Shown piece after piece: positions 17,848 to 27,581 of a stretch of 46,687 bases of DNA. The stretch lies in assembly GCA_031394235.1 (NCBI GenBank), contig JANMXG010000398.1, positions 1 through 46,687 on the forward strand, given 5' to 3'. The notes below the pieces were generated by a model. It was not told the DNA's origin. It made no database searches and worked only from the letters and a program-made list of their open reading frames with translations. This DNA is from Betaproteobacteria bacterium (GTDB lineage: Bacteria > Pseudomonadota > Gammaproteobacteria > Burkholderiales > Burkholderiaceae_C). The position numbers were made by a program, and so were the translations under genes. Each line of letters begins with the position of its first letter. Within the stretch, counting starts at the first letter, position 1.

Positions 17848-19040
17848 CCCGCGCCGCGCCGGATTTCAGCGCCGCCCACGCGGTCTTGCAGCGTGAGGTG
17901 GACCAACAGCGCCTGCCCGGTGTGTCCGCCGCCACGTTGCGGGATGGCGAGCTGGTCGACCTGTTCTGCACAGGCCTTGCCGACATCGAGGCCGGCACCC
18001 GGCTGCGCCCTGACCATATTCATCGGGCGTTTTCCAACACCAAATTGTTTTGCTCGGTGCTGGTGCTGTTGCTGGCCGACGAGGGTCATTTCGGGCTGGA
18101 CGACCCGATCAAGGCATGGATCCCGGCGCTGGGCAGCGTACGGGTGCTGCGCCCGGCCGCTTTGGCGATCACCGACACCGAGCCGCTGCAGCGCGACATC
18201 ACGGTCCGCCACCTGCTCAGCCACCAGGGCGGTTTCAGCCACGGTGTGTTCGACCCCGGCACGGTGATCTACAACGCCTACCTGGCGGCCGGGATCCGCC
18301 GGGCCGACACCACACTGGCCCAGGAGATGGACCTGCTGGCCAGCTTGCCGCTGTGCTTCCAGCCCGGTGAGGGCTGGGAATACTCGACCGGCATCGACGT
18401 GCTGGCCCGGCTGGCCGAGATCGTCACCGGGCAAAGTTTTGCCGAGGCACTGCAATCCCGCATCTTCGGCCCGCTGGGCATCACCGACACCGGCTTTGTG
18501 CTGCGGTCCGAGCAGCTGCCGCGCTTGGCCGCGCTGTACCGCGGCGATCCAGTGAACGTGATGAAGCCGGGCCTGCAGCGGCTCAACGACACGCCGTTCC
18601 CGGGCGCCTACCTGCGCGCCGTGCCACGCCAGTCGGGTGCGGGCGGCCTGTTTACGACCCAGGCCGACATGCTGGCGCTGTTGCGCCAGCTGATGCCGGG
18701 CCGGCCGTCTTTGCTCAAACCGGCCACGCTGGCGGCGATGTTTGTCGACCAGGTGCCGGCCGAGCGCAGCGTGCAGTTTTTTGCCACCGGCGCCGTGCCC
18801 AGCCTGGGCTTTGGCTTGGGCGGCGCGGTGGCCCGGCACGCCTCAGAGATCCAGCCGGAGGCGGCGGTGGGTGAGCTGCAATGGGGTGGCCTGGCCGGCA
18901 CGCACTGGTTTGTCTCGCCCGCCACCGGCCTGGCCGGGGTGGTGATGACGCAGCGCTTCATGGGCTTCTGGCACCCGTTCTGGTTCGAGTACAGGCGGTG
19001 CCTGTACGCCGCCTGCGGCGCTGGCCGTCGAGCTGACTGA
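17844..19040 (+). CDS. Serine hydrolase (class C beta-lactamase / family VIII esterase-like)
   Basis: SxxK (FSNTK), ITVRHLLSHQGG, PGEGWEYS, WGGLAGT. No signal peptide. TTG start overlaps the upstream stop. Confidence 0.9.
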   Translation: MTRAAPDFSAAHAVLQREVDQQRLPGVSAATLRDGELVDLFCTGLADIEAGTRLRPDHIHRAFSNTKLFCSVLVLLLADEGHFGLDDPIKAWIPALGSVRVLRPAALAITDTEPLQRDITVRHLLSHQGGFSHGVFDPGTVIYNAYLAAGIRRADTTLAQEMDLLASLPLCFQPGEGWEYSTGIDVLARLAEIVTGQSFAEALQSRIFGPLGITDTGFVLRSEQLPRLAALYRGDPVNVMKPGLQRLNDTPFPGAYLRAVPRQSGAGGLFTTQADMLALLRQLMPGRPSLLKPATLAAMFVDQVPAERSVQFFATGAVPSLGFGLGGAVARHASEIQPEAAVGELQWGGLAGTHWFVSPATGLAGVVMTQRFMGFWHPFWFEYRRCLYAACGAGRRAD

Positions 19041-19095
19041 CCCGGTTGATGCGGTCTTGCCGGCCGCCTCGGGCTGAGATGGGCGGCCCGGGCGA

Positions 19096-21894
19096 TCAAC
19101 CGCCGGTGGTCTTGATCAACTCGGCCACCTCGGCCTGGCGGGCATAGGCCGCACCGAGCTTTTCCAGCGCGCGCAACTCGGTGCGGGCAGCGGGCTTGTT
19201 GCCCGATTGCAGCAGCAACTTGGCCAACTGCAGGCGGAACTGCGGGGCGTCCGGGGCAGCGGCCACGGCCTGGGTCTGGACCTCGATGGCGCGGGGCAGC
19301 TGGTTCTCGGCGGCCAAGCCAAACGCCAAGGTGTCCATCAGAGCGGCCGACCTCGGCGCCAACTTCACGGCACGTTCGGCGAGCGCCACCGCACCCGGTT
19401 TTTTGGCCAGTGCCATCACGTAGGCCAGGTTGTTGAGCGCCAGCACGTTGTTGGGCTGGGTGTCGAGCACGGTCCGGTAGTGCTGCTCGGCCTGGCTGCC
19501 GTTGTTGGCGGCCATGGCCACATCACCCAGGTACAGCTCAAACGCCATATCGGTGGGATGGCTCTTGCGCCAGTCGGCGGCCATCTTGTCGGCATCGGCT
19601 TGCTTTTTGCCCGCCACCAGCACGGCATGCAGGCGCTGCGCCGAGTCGCCGGTTTGCTGGCGCGTCAAGGCCTTGCGCAGCGCGGCGGCGGCAGCGTCCC
19701 AGTTTTTCTGGCGCATCTCGACCTCCGCTTCCATGATGAAGCCGTTGGCATTGTCAGGATTCTGGGTTTGCACCGTGCGGGCCACGGCCAGCGCTTGCGC
19801 CGGCTTGTTGTCCATCATCGCCAGGCTGGCGACGGCCTGCTGCACGATCAACTGGTTGGGCGCGATCTCGCTGGCCTTGCGCACGGCAGCGGTCATGGCG
19901 GGCTTGTTCTTGGCGGCGGCGTGGGCGTCGGCCAGCCGAAGCTGGGGCATCGGTGACTTGGGGTTGAGCGCGGCCAGCTTGTTGAAGGCGGTGATGGCCT
20001 GCTGGGCGTCGCCGTCGTTCAGGTGGGCGCGGCCCAGGCGGTCCAGCAGCTCGGCGTTGTCGGGCAGCGCGATCAGACCGGCCTGGGCGGCGCTGATGGC
20101 CAATTTGGCCTGACGGCTGTCGAGGTGGTGGTCAACCCGCTGCAAATGGGGGGTCAGCTCTCCCGGCTCGGCCTTGACGGCCTGGTCCAGCCATTTGACG
20201 GTGTCCTCCGGCTTGCCGCCGCTGCGCTTGTTGATCTCGGCCAGCGCCAGCATGGCGCTGGCATTTTTGGGATTGCCCTTGAGCACGGCCTCGAACCGCG
20301 CGCGGGCGGCGTCGGGCTGTTTGGCATCCAGGTCCATCGCGGCCAAGCCCGCCAGCGCCGGCAGGTAGTCGGGGTTTTTGGTCAGCGCGGCTTCAAAATG
20401 TTTGCGGGCGCCGGCCAAGTCCCGGCGCTGCAAGGCAATCCGGCCACGCATCTGGTCGGGCAGCGACTGGCCGGGCATCTTGGCGGCCAGCACATCCACG
20501 GCCTTCAGCGCGCCATCAAAGTCGCTGCGGCGCATGCGCGCGGTGATCAGCGCCAGGTCGGCCGAGTTGCCCTTATCGGCGGACGCGATGGACTGCAGCT
20601 CGGCCATCGCGGCGGCGTCCTGGCCCTTGCCGAGCTGCGCCAGGGCCACCGTGGTGCGCAGCCGTGGGTCGTCGGGCTTGAGCTTGGCGGCCCGGGCAAA
20701 GCTGGACTCGGCACCCTTGGTGTCGCCATTCATCAGCTGGGCCTGGGCATACAGCGTGATCGCCTGGGCGTCCGGCGGCACCGCATCTACCAGCGGGCGC
20801 AGCGTGAGCATGGCTTTCTCGGCCTGGCCGGTGCGCAGCTGCACCTGGGCCAGCTGGCGCCGCGGTGGCGCCGCTTTGGGCACCAGCTGCATCGCCTTGG
20901 CAAAGTGGACCTCGGCCTGGGCCAGCGAGTTGAGCTTGAGCTCGGCCTGGCCGGCCAGCATCAGCACTTGCGGGTTGTCGGGCGCGCTGCGCAGCAGCAG
21001 CTGGGTGATCTCGCGGGTGCGCTTGTGGTCGCCCTTGTCCTCGGCCAGCACCGCCTCGAGCAGCAGGGTTTGCGGATGCTTTGGCGCGACTTTCTGCATC
21101 GCGGTCCACTGCACGGTGGCGGCCGGGATGTCGGGCTTGGCCAGCAACTGCATGACCAGCGCGTTGTGGGCCGCAATCAGGTCAGGTTGCACTTTGACCG
21201 CCTCGGTGTAGGCGGTCGTGGCCCCGGCTGGGTCCGGCGGCACGGCGCGCTGCAACAGTTCGCCCTTGAGCAGCCAGGCGTCGCCGCGGGCCGGCGCGAT
21301 AGCCAGCAGTGACTCGATCTGGCTCAAGGCGGCGGCGTTGTCGCCCCGTGCGCTGGCCAGCCGTGCCCGCAGCAGCAGCGCCGGAACATGCTGGGGTGCG
21401 CTGCGCAGGGCACGTGCCAGCATCGCCTCGGCGGCGGTGAGGTCGTTGTCTATCGCCTCGGCGGTGGCCAGCTGGGTCTTGAGCTCGGCGTCGGCGACCG
21501 GGTCGGACAGGTCGAGCGCGGCATAGCGCTGCACCAGCATCCGTCCCTTTTGCAGCCCCACCAGTGCGCCAGCCAGGCTGGGCAGCACGGCAACTTCGGG
21601 TTGGCCCAGCTCGAGCGCACGGCCGAGTTCGGACTCGGCACCGGCCATGTCGCCGGCCTCATACATCAGCTTGCCCAGCATCAGGCGCGCTTCGCCCGAC
21701 CCCGGGTTTTTCTGGAGCACGTTCTTGATCTGCAGCCGGGCAGCGTCGGTCTCTTTTTTGGCCAGATGCGCTTTGGCCGACGCCAGCAGGTTGGCGTCGC
21801 TGGACCCGCCGCATCCCGCCACCCCAAGTGCAGCAGCCAGCAGCACCGGCAGCAAGGTGGCACGCAGCGCGCCGGAATGGATTGTTTTGGTCAA
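19096..21894 (-). CDS. prsT: PEP-CTERM system TPR lipoprotein, PrsT paralogue (orphan copy)
   Basis: Likely TTG start at 21894 after AAGGGG. Lipobox GVAGC; LLASAKAHLAKK..ARLQIKNVLQKNPGSGEAR N-terminus; many TPRs; LNNLAY...DTLA C-terminus, collinear with 41578..44364. Confidence 0.85.
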   Translation of the reverse strand: MTKTIHSGALRATLLPVLLAAALGVAGCGGSSDANLLASAKAHLAKKETDAARLQIKNVLQKNPGSGEARLMLGKLMYEAGDMAGAESELGRALELGQPEVAVLPSLAGALVGLQKGRMLVQRYAALDLSDPVADAELKTQLATAEAIDNDLTAAEAMLARALRSAPQHVPALLLRARLASARGDNAAALSQIESLLAIAPARGDAWLLKGELLQRAVPPDPAGATTAYTEAVKVQPDLIAAHNALVMQLLAKPDIPAATVQWTAMQKVAPKHPQTLLLEAVLAEDKGDHKRTREITQLLLRSAPDNPQVLMLAGQAELKLNSLAQAEVHFAKAMQLVPKAAPPRRQLAQVQLRTGQAEKAMLTLRPLVDAVPPDAQAITLYAQAQLMNGDTKGAESSFARAAKLKPDDPRLRTTVALAQLGKGQDAAAMAELQSIASADKGNSADLALITARMRRSDFDGALKAVDVLAAKMPGQSLPDQMRGRIALQRRDLAGARKHFEAALTKNPDYLPALAGLAAMDLDAKQPDAARARFEAVLKGNPKNASAMLALAEINKRSGGKPEDTVKWLDQAVKAEPGELTPHLQRVDHHLDSRQAKLAISAAQAGLIALPDNAELLDRLGRAHLNDGDAQQAITAFNKLAALNPKSPMPQLRLADAHAAAKNKPAMTAAVRKASEIAPNQLIVQQAVASLAMMDNKPAQALAVARTVQTQNPDNANGFIMEAEVEMRQKNWDAAAAALRKALTRQQTGDSAQRLHAVLVAGKKQADADKMAADWRKSHPTDMAFELYLGDVAMAANNGSQAEQHYRTVLDTQPNNVLALNNLAYVMALAKKPGAVALAERAVKLAPRSAALMDTLAFGLAAENQLPRAIEVQTQAVAAAPDAPQFRLQLAKLLLQSGNKPAARTELRALEKLGAAYARQAEVAELIKTTGG

Positions 21895-22028
21895 AGGGAG
21901 CCCCTTGGGTTGAATCGCCGGTTGCGGCAGCCGGGCCGTTGGCCGGATCCACCGCCGAAAATTATGACCCAGGCCCACCCACGCCAGGCGTTTGGCGTGC
22001 GGCTTTTCGTGACTTCAGACCGGGCCGT

Positions 22029-25000
22029 TCAGGCCGCGCCGCCGTTGCCGGCCAGCAGCGCGGCATTGCCGCCCGCCGCCGCCGTGTTGATGGTCAGCGT
22101 TTGCTCGGCGCAGAAACGGAACAGATAGTGCGGCCCGCCGGCCTTGGGCCCGGTGCCCGACAGGCCCTCGCCACCAAACGGCTGCACCCCCACCACCGCT
22201 CCGATCATGTTGCGGTTGACGTAGACATTGCCCACCCGCGCCAGGTCGGCGATGCGCAGCGCGCGGCTGTCGATGCGGGTCATGACGCCCAGCGTCAGGC
22301 CGTAACCCAGCGCGTTGATGCGCGCCACCAGCGCGTCGACATCGCCGCGCCAGCGCAGCACATGCAGCACCGGGCCAAAGACTTCGGTGCGCAAATCCTC
22401 GACTTGGTCGATCTCGAACGCCACCGGGGCAATGTGGCTGGCGGCCCAGCGCGCGGCCATCGGACTGCGCGCCAGCAGGCGGGCCTGCTGGTCCAGCCGG
22501 CCGATGTGCCGGGTCAGGCCGGCATGGGCCTCGGCGTCGATCACCGGGCCGACATCCGTCGCCAGGTCGGCCGCGTCGCCCAGGCGCAACTCGGCCATGG
22601 CCCCGCCCAGCATCGTGATCAGGTTGTCGGCGATGCTGTCGTGCACACACAGCAGGCGCAGCGCTGAGCAGCGCTGGCCGGCCGACCGAAAGGCGCTTTG
22701 CACCACCGCGTCGATCACCTGCTCGGGCAAGGCGCTGCTGTCAACGATCATCGCGTTCAGCCCGCCGGTCTCGGCGATCAGCGGCACGATCGGGCCGTCG
22801 CTGGCCGCCAGCGCGCGGTTGATGGCCTTGGCCACCGACGTGCTGCCGGTAAAGCACACACCGGCAGTGGCCGGGTGCGCCACCAGCGCGGCGCCCACCG
22901 TCTCGCCCGGGCCGTGCAGCAGCGCCAGCGCGTCGCGCGGCACGCCGGCTTCATACAACAGTTCGACAAACGCCGCGGCCACGCCCGGCGTCTGCTCGGC
23001 CGGTTTGGCGGCCACGGCGTTGCCGGTGACCAGCGCTGCGGCCACCTGGCCGGCAAAGATGGCGAGCGGAAAGTTCCACGGCGAGATGCAGACAAATACG
23101 CCGCGGCCCTGCAGCCGCAGCGCATTGCTCTCGCCGGTGGGGCCGGGCAGGGTGATCGGGCTGAGCTTTTCGGCCGCCTGAACCGCGTAGTAACGGCAGA
23201 AATCCACCGCCTCGCGCACCTCGGCCACGCAGTCGCCGGCGGTCTTGCCGGCCTCGGTCACCAGCAGACCGCAAAACTGCGTCAGACGCTGGTCCAGCAG
23301 GTCACCGGCGCGGTGCAGGATGGCGGCGCGTTCGGCCACCGGGCGGGCCGACCAGGTGGCAAAGCCGGCGGCCAGCGTGGTCATGGCCCGGTGCACGGTC
23401 TCGGCCACCTGGGCTGCGGGCACCTCGGGCACGGCGGGTGGCGGGCTTGCCGTGAGGGCGTGCACCGCCGCCAGCACCGGCGCGCGCTGCTCGGGCACCG
23501 TCAGGTCCAGGCCGCGGCTGTTGGCCCGCGCAGCACCGTACAGCGTGGCCGGTGCCGGCTGGCCGGGCGCTGCGGCGGGCCGCAGCGGCGAGCGCAGCAA
23601 GTCCTCCGGCGCCACGCCGGCGTCTGTCAGCTGGTGCACAAATGACGAGTTGGCGCCGTTCTCCAGCAAGCGCCGCACCAGATAGGCCAGCAGGTCGCGG
23701 TGCTCGCCGACCGGGGCGTAGATGCGCAGGTTCAGCTCGGGGCGGGCGGCCATCACCTCGCGGAACACGCCCTCACCCATGCCGTGCAGGCGCTGCATCT
23801 CGAAGCGGCCGGCGTTGGGGTCGCTGCGCCGCGCCGCCTCGGCCAACTGCAGGAGGGCAGCGACCGTGCCGGCGTTGTGGGTGGCGAACTGCGGCAGGAT
23901 CACCGCAGGGTGGTCCAGCAGTGTGCGGGCGCAGGCCAGGTAGGCGATGTCGGTGTGGTGCTTGTGGGTGAACACCGGGTAGCCGGCCAGGCCCAGTTCC
24001 TGGGCGCGCTTGATCTCGCCGTCCCAGTACGCGCCTTTGACCAGCCGCACCATGAAGCGCAGGCCCCGTGCACGGCCGATGGCGGCCACCGCCTCGATCA
24101 TCTCGCGGGCCCGGCTCTGGTAGGCCTGGACCGCCAGACCAAAGCCGGTCCAGTGCGGTGCGGTGGCCTGGATGTGCCGGGCCAGGGTGTCGAAGACGGC
24201 CAGCGACAGCTCCAGCCGGTCGCTTTCCTCGGCGTCGATCGTCAGGTTGAGGTCGGCGGCAGCGGCGATGTCGATCAGCGTGATGACCCGTGGCACCAAT
24301 TCCGCCATGACCCGGTCCGCCTGCGACTCTTCATAGCGCGGGTGCAGCGCGGACAGCTTGATCGACAGGCCGTCGCGCTGTGCCGGACCGGCGCCGGCCC
24401 GGCCAAGCGCCGTGTCGGCGGCGGGTGAGGCGGCGGCCGACGCGGCCTCCGCCGCTGCCTCCGCCGCTGCAATCGCCTGCAGCGCCTCGCGGTAGGCCGT
24501 GCCGTAGTGCAGCGCGTCGGCATCGGTGCGTGCACCTTCACCCAGCATGTCGAACGAAAAGCGCAAGCGCTGCTGGCCGCGCCGCTGGCTGCGGGCCTCG
24601 CCCAGCGCCTCGGCGATGTTGCGGCCCAGCACAAACTGGCGGCCCAGCAGGCCGATGGCGCGCACCGTGGCGGCGACCACGGTCTGGGCGCCCAGCCGGT
24701 CGATCAGGCCGGGTTGGCCGGCCCGACCGTTGGCATCGTCCGGCAAAAACCGCTTGGCCAGCCCGATCGCGCTGGCCGACAGGCCGGCCAGCAGCTTGTG
24801 CGGCGAGCCGTCGGCCGCACCGCCTGAAAAATCGGCCCGGCCCAACTGGTCGGCCGTCAACGCGATCGCCGTCTGGGCGTCGGGCACCCGCAGCAGCGCC
24901 TCGGCCAGGCGCATCAAGGCCAGGCCCTCGGCGCTGGAGATCGGGTACTCGCGCAGCAGCGACTCCATCGCCCAGAACGGCGCAGGCTTGTCGCGCACCG

Positions 25001-25166
25001 CCTGCACCCAGGGCCGGGCGGTGTCGATCACAGCCGGCCAGTCCAGACCGGCGCCGTGGCCACTGCCGCGCTGCAAGCCCGCCAGCAGGCCTTGCAGCAC
25101 GGTGGCCTCGTCGCGGCAGGGTGCGGGCAGGCGCGAGACGGCGGGCAGCTGGAAAGCGTCGGACAT
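22029..25166 (-). CDS. putA: Bifunctional proline dehydrogenase / L-glutamate gamma-semialdehyde dehydrogenase
   Basis: FSFDMLGE, RLVKGAYWD, ATHNA, RRLLENGANSSF; ISPWNFP, ETGG, AGQRCSA, EVFGP, GPKAGGPHYL. No N-terminal ribbon-helix-helix domain visible. Confidence 0.96.
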   Translation of the reverse strand: MSDAFQLPAVSRLPAPCRDEATVLQGLLAGLQRGSGHGAGLDWPAVIDTARPWVQAVRDKPAPFWAMESLLREYPISSAEGLALMRLAEALLRVPDAQTAIALTADQLGRADFSGGAADGSPHKLLAGLSASAIGLAKRFLPDDANGRAGQPGLIDRLGAQTVVAATVRAIGLLGRQFVLGRNIAEALGEARSQRRGQQRLRFSFDMLGEGARTDADALHYGTAYREALQAIAAAEAAAEAASAAASPAADTALGRAGAGPAQRDGLSIKLSALHPRYEESQADRVMAELVPRVITLIDIAAAADLNLTIDAEESDRLELSLAVFDTLARHIQATAPHWTGFGLAVQAYQSRAREMIEAVAAIGRARGLRFMVRLVKGAYWDGEIKRAQELGLAGYPVFTHKHHTDIAYLACARTLLDHPAVILPQFATHNAGTVAALLQLAEAARRSDPNAGRFEMQRLHGMGEGVFREVMAARPELNLRIYAPVGEHRDLLAYLVRRLLENGANSSFVHQLTDAGVAPEDLLRSPLRPAAAPGQPAPATLYGAARANSRGLDLTVPEQRAPVLAAVHALTASPPPAVPEVPAAQVAETVHRAMTTLAAGFATWSARPVAERAAILHRAGDLLDQRLTQFCGLLVTEAGKTAGDCVAEVREAVDFCRYYAVQAAEKLSPITLPGPTGESNALRLQGRGVFVCISPWNFPLAIFAGQVAAALVTGNAVAAKPAEQTPGVAAAFVELLYEAGVPRDALALLHGPGETVGAALVAHPATAGVCFTGSTSVAKAINRALAASDGPIVPLIAETGGLNAMIVDSSALPEQVIDAVVQSAFRSAGQRCSALRLLCVHDSIADNLITMLGGAMAELRLGDAADLATDVGPVIDAEAHAGLTRHIGRLDQQARLLARSPMAARWAASHIAPVAFEIDQVEDLRTEVFGPVLHVLRWRGDVDALVARINALGYGLTLGVMTRIDSRALRIADLARVGNVYVNRNMIGAVVGVQPFGGEGLSGTGPKAGGPHYLFRFCAEQTLTINTAAAGGNAALLAGNGGAA

Positions 25167-25323
25167 GGGGTGCTCCGGTGGGGAGGTTGACAGGTCCGCT
25201 ACGCTAGGCGTTGTATCGCCAAATAAAACAGGTAAATAACGGTATTGAGCCGAACAATATCCAGTCGCCCAGTCGCCCTTCGGGTTTCAGCCAGGCGTCA
25301 GCCTGCAGCCCGTTGGCCTGGGG

Positions 25324-25728
25324 TCAGTCGTCATTCACGGTGGTGTGCACCGCCGGCAGGATGACCTCCAGCAGCTCGCAATCGTCCGACCAGCCCAGCA
25401 CCGTGTGCCGGATGCCCGGCGGCTGGGTCCAGCAGGCGCCGGCGGTCATCAGCTGCGGCCCTTGGCCTTCGAAGTCGGTCTTGAACCAGCCCTTGAGCAC
25501 GTAGACCAGCTGGAGCTGCACACCCTGGTGGTGGTGGCGCTGGCTGAAGCGCTCGTTGAACGGCGCGGTCATGCGGATCACCTGGGCGGTGGCCAACCCG
25601 CCAGTGGCCGCAGCCACGCCCAGGTCCCGGTAGGCCGAGTAGGCGCGCAACCCGCCGGACTTGAAATCCGCCTCGTCCGGGTGGCTCACGTTGAAGGTCT
25701 GGGCGGGCGGGGCGGTTTCAGCGGTCAT
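25324..25728 (-). CDS. Cupin-domain protein
   Basis: YRDLGV, RHHH..QLVYVLKGW, QPPGIRH, LLEVILP. GGAG SD present. Confidence 0.85.
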   Translation of the reverse strand: MTAETAPPAQTFNVSHPDEADFKSGGLRAYSAYRDLGVAAATGGLATAQVIRMTAPFNERFSQRHHHQGVQLQLVYVLKGWFKTDFEGQGPQLMTAGACWTQPPGIRHTVLGWSDDCELLEVILPAVHTTVNDD

Positions 25729-25755
25729 GGCGGGTCTCCGGGTGGCTGGCGGGTG

Positions 25756-27189
25756 TCAGCGGGCGCGGCGCGGGCGGCGTGGCAACAGCGGGGCTTGCTC
25801 GCCCACCGCGCACAGCAGGGCGGCGCTCATGGCCAGGCCCTGGCGCATCAGCGCCGGCAGCACATGCTCGTTGGGCGCATGCTGCGAGCAGGCCGGGTAG
25901 CTGTGCGGCACCCACACCGTGGGCAGGCCCAGGATGTCGGCAAACACATCGTTGGGCAGGCTGCCGCCCAGGTTGGGCAGCAGCGCTGGCCGCACGCCGG
26001 TGGCGCTGGCCAGGGTGTCCAGCGCCAACCGCACCCAGGCGTTGTCGGGGTCCAGCCGGGTGGCGGCCATCACCACGGGTTCGCTCACGCTGATGCCGTC
26101 AAAGCCGGCCGCAGCCAGGTGCGCCAGCACCCGCTCGCGGATGCGGCTGGCATCAGTGCCCACCACAAAGCGCAGCTGCAAGGTGGCGCGCGCTGCCGCC
26201 GGGATCGCGTTGACCGGCTGCGCCGGGTTGCCGCAGCCGAAGGCCAGCACCTCCAGCGCGTTCCAGCCAAACACCCGCTCGGGCGGTGTCAGGCCGGGCT
26301 CGCCCCAGTGGGTGTCCACCTCTGGATCGCCCAGCCCGCCACCTACCGCAATGTCGGCCAGTGCGGCCCGCACCGCTGACGGAAGGGGTGGCGGTCGCAG
26401 GCCCTGGACCAGGATCACGCCGCGCGCATCGACCAGGCTGGCGATGGCATTGGCCAGCACCGTGCCCGGGTTGCGCAGCAGGCCGCCCCAGTTGCCTGAA
26501 TGGTGGCCGCCGTCACGGGCCACCAGCACCAGGTCGAAGTTGGCCACACCGCGCGAGCCCAGGAACACCGTGGGCCGATCAGCGCGCAGGCGCGGTCCAT
26601 CGCTGGCGATCAGCACGTCGGCGGCCAGCCGGTGGGCTTGTTGGCTACAAAACTCGGCCAGGCCGGGCGAGCCGGTCTCCTCGCCCATCTCCAGCAACCA
26701 CTTGGCGTTGAACCCGAGCCGGCCGCCGCGCGCGGCCAGCACGGCGGCCAGCGCGCCCAGGTTGATGCTGTGCTGGGCCTTGTTGTCGGCGCTGCCGCGG
26801 CCGTACCAGCGGGCGCCGGCGTCAACCAGGGTCCACGGGTCGCGGCCGTCGGCCCACTGGCCCTCGTGGCCACGCACCACGTCGCCGTGGCCGTAAAACA
26901 GCACGGTGGGCAGGTCGGCGTGCTCAAAACGCTCGGCGGTCAGCAAGGGCGGCGCGCCGGCCACCGGGTTGTCGTGCAGCGTGGTCTCGAAGCCCATCGC
27001 CTGCAGTGCGGGCGCAATTTGCTGGGCCAGGTAGGCCTGCAACTCGGGCGCCCGCGCCGGGTTCTGGCTTTCGGTGCGGCAGGCCACGCGGCTGGCCAGC
27101 ACACGGAAAAATTCACCCGAATCGAACAGCGCCTCGGCATGGGCCACCGCGGCGCTGGCCACGGGTGAATCTACAGCAGCGTTGTGCAT
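25756..27189 (-). CDS. M20-family metallopeptidase/amidohydrolase
   Basis: YGHGDVV, YGRGSADNK, EMGEETGSP, HSGNWGG, QHAPNEH. Confidence 0.92.
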   Translation of the reverse strand: MHNAAVDSPVASAAVAHAEALFDSGEFFRVLASRVACRTESQNPARAPELQAYLAQQIAPALQAMGFETTLHDNPVAGAPPLLTAERFEHADLPTVLFYGHGDVVRGHEGQWADGRDPWTLVDAGARWYGRGSADNKAQHSINLGALAAVLAARGGRLGFNAKWLLEMGEETGSPGLAEFCSQQAHRLAADVLIASDGPRLRADRPTVFLGSRGVANFDLVLVARDGGHHSGNWGGLLRNPGTVLANAIASLVDARGVILVQGLRPPPLPSAVRAALADIAVGGGLGDPEVDTHWGEPGLTPPERVFGWNALEVLAFGCGNPAQPVNAIPAAARATLQLRFVVGTDASRIRERVLAHLAAAGFDGISVSEPVVMAATRLDPDNAWVRLALDTLASATGVRPALLPNLGGSLPNDVFADILGLPTVWVPHSYPACSQHAPNEHVLPALMRQGLAMSAALLCAVGEQAPLLPRRPRRAR

Positions 27190-27204
27190 GGCGGGGGGCG
27201 CGGG

Positions 27205-27507
27205 TCAGGCCGACTTGCCCACCAGTTCGAAGTGCTCGACCTGCGGGGGCTGGGCAAAAAATGGCCCGATGATCGCGCGCCACTGCGCAAACAGCGGTCC
27301 CTGGCGAAAGCCGACGGTGTGGTCCTCCAGCGTGGCCCAGCGGATCTGCAGCACATAACGCTCTGGGCTCTCGACCCCTTTGTTCACTGACCAGCCCAGC
27401 ATGCCGCTGGCCTGGCTGGCCACCGTGCTCAGCGCCCGCGCAATGGCCTCTTCAAACGCAGCCTGCTGGCCGGGAATGATGCGGATGTCGGCGATTTCCA
27501 GAATCAT
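27205..27507 (-). CDS. Antibiotic biosynthesis monooxygenase (ABM) family protein
   Basis: ATG at 27507 after GGAG. MILEIADIRI..FEEA..GVESPERYVLQIRWATLEDHTVGFR..PPQVEHF. Confidence 0.88.
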   Translation of the reverse strand: MILEIADIRIIPGQQAAFEEAIARALSTVASQASGMLGWSVNKGVESPERYVLQIRWATLEDHTVGFRQGPLFAQWRAIIGPFFAQPPQVEHFELVGKSA

Positions 27508-27581
27508 GGGGTTCTCCAAGGGCGGGCTGGTCAGTTTAGGCGGGCCGACAGCGCCAATATCGCCCACTACACTGTTTTGCG

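Noticed and set aside
16039-19040. Antibiotic-resistance interpretation of the MBL-fold and beta-lactamase-like genes
   Set aside because: Neither has a signal peptide; motifs and context fit LACTB2-like hydrolases and family VIII esterases.
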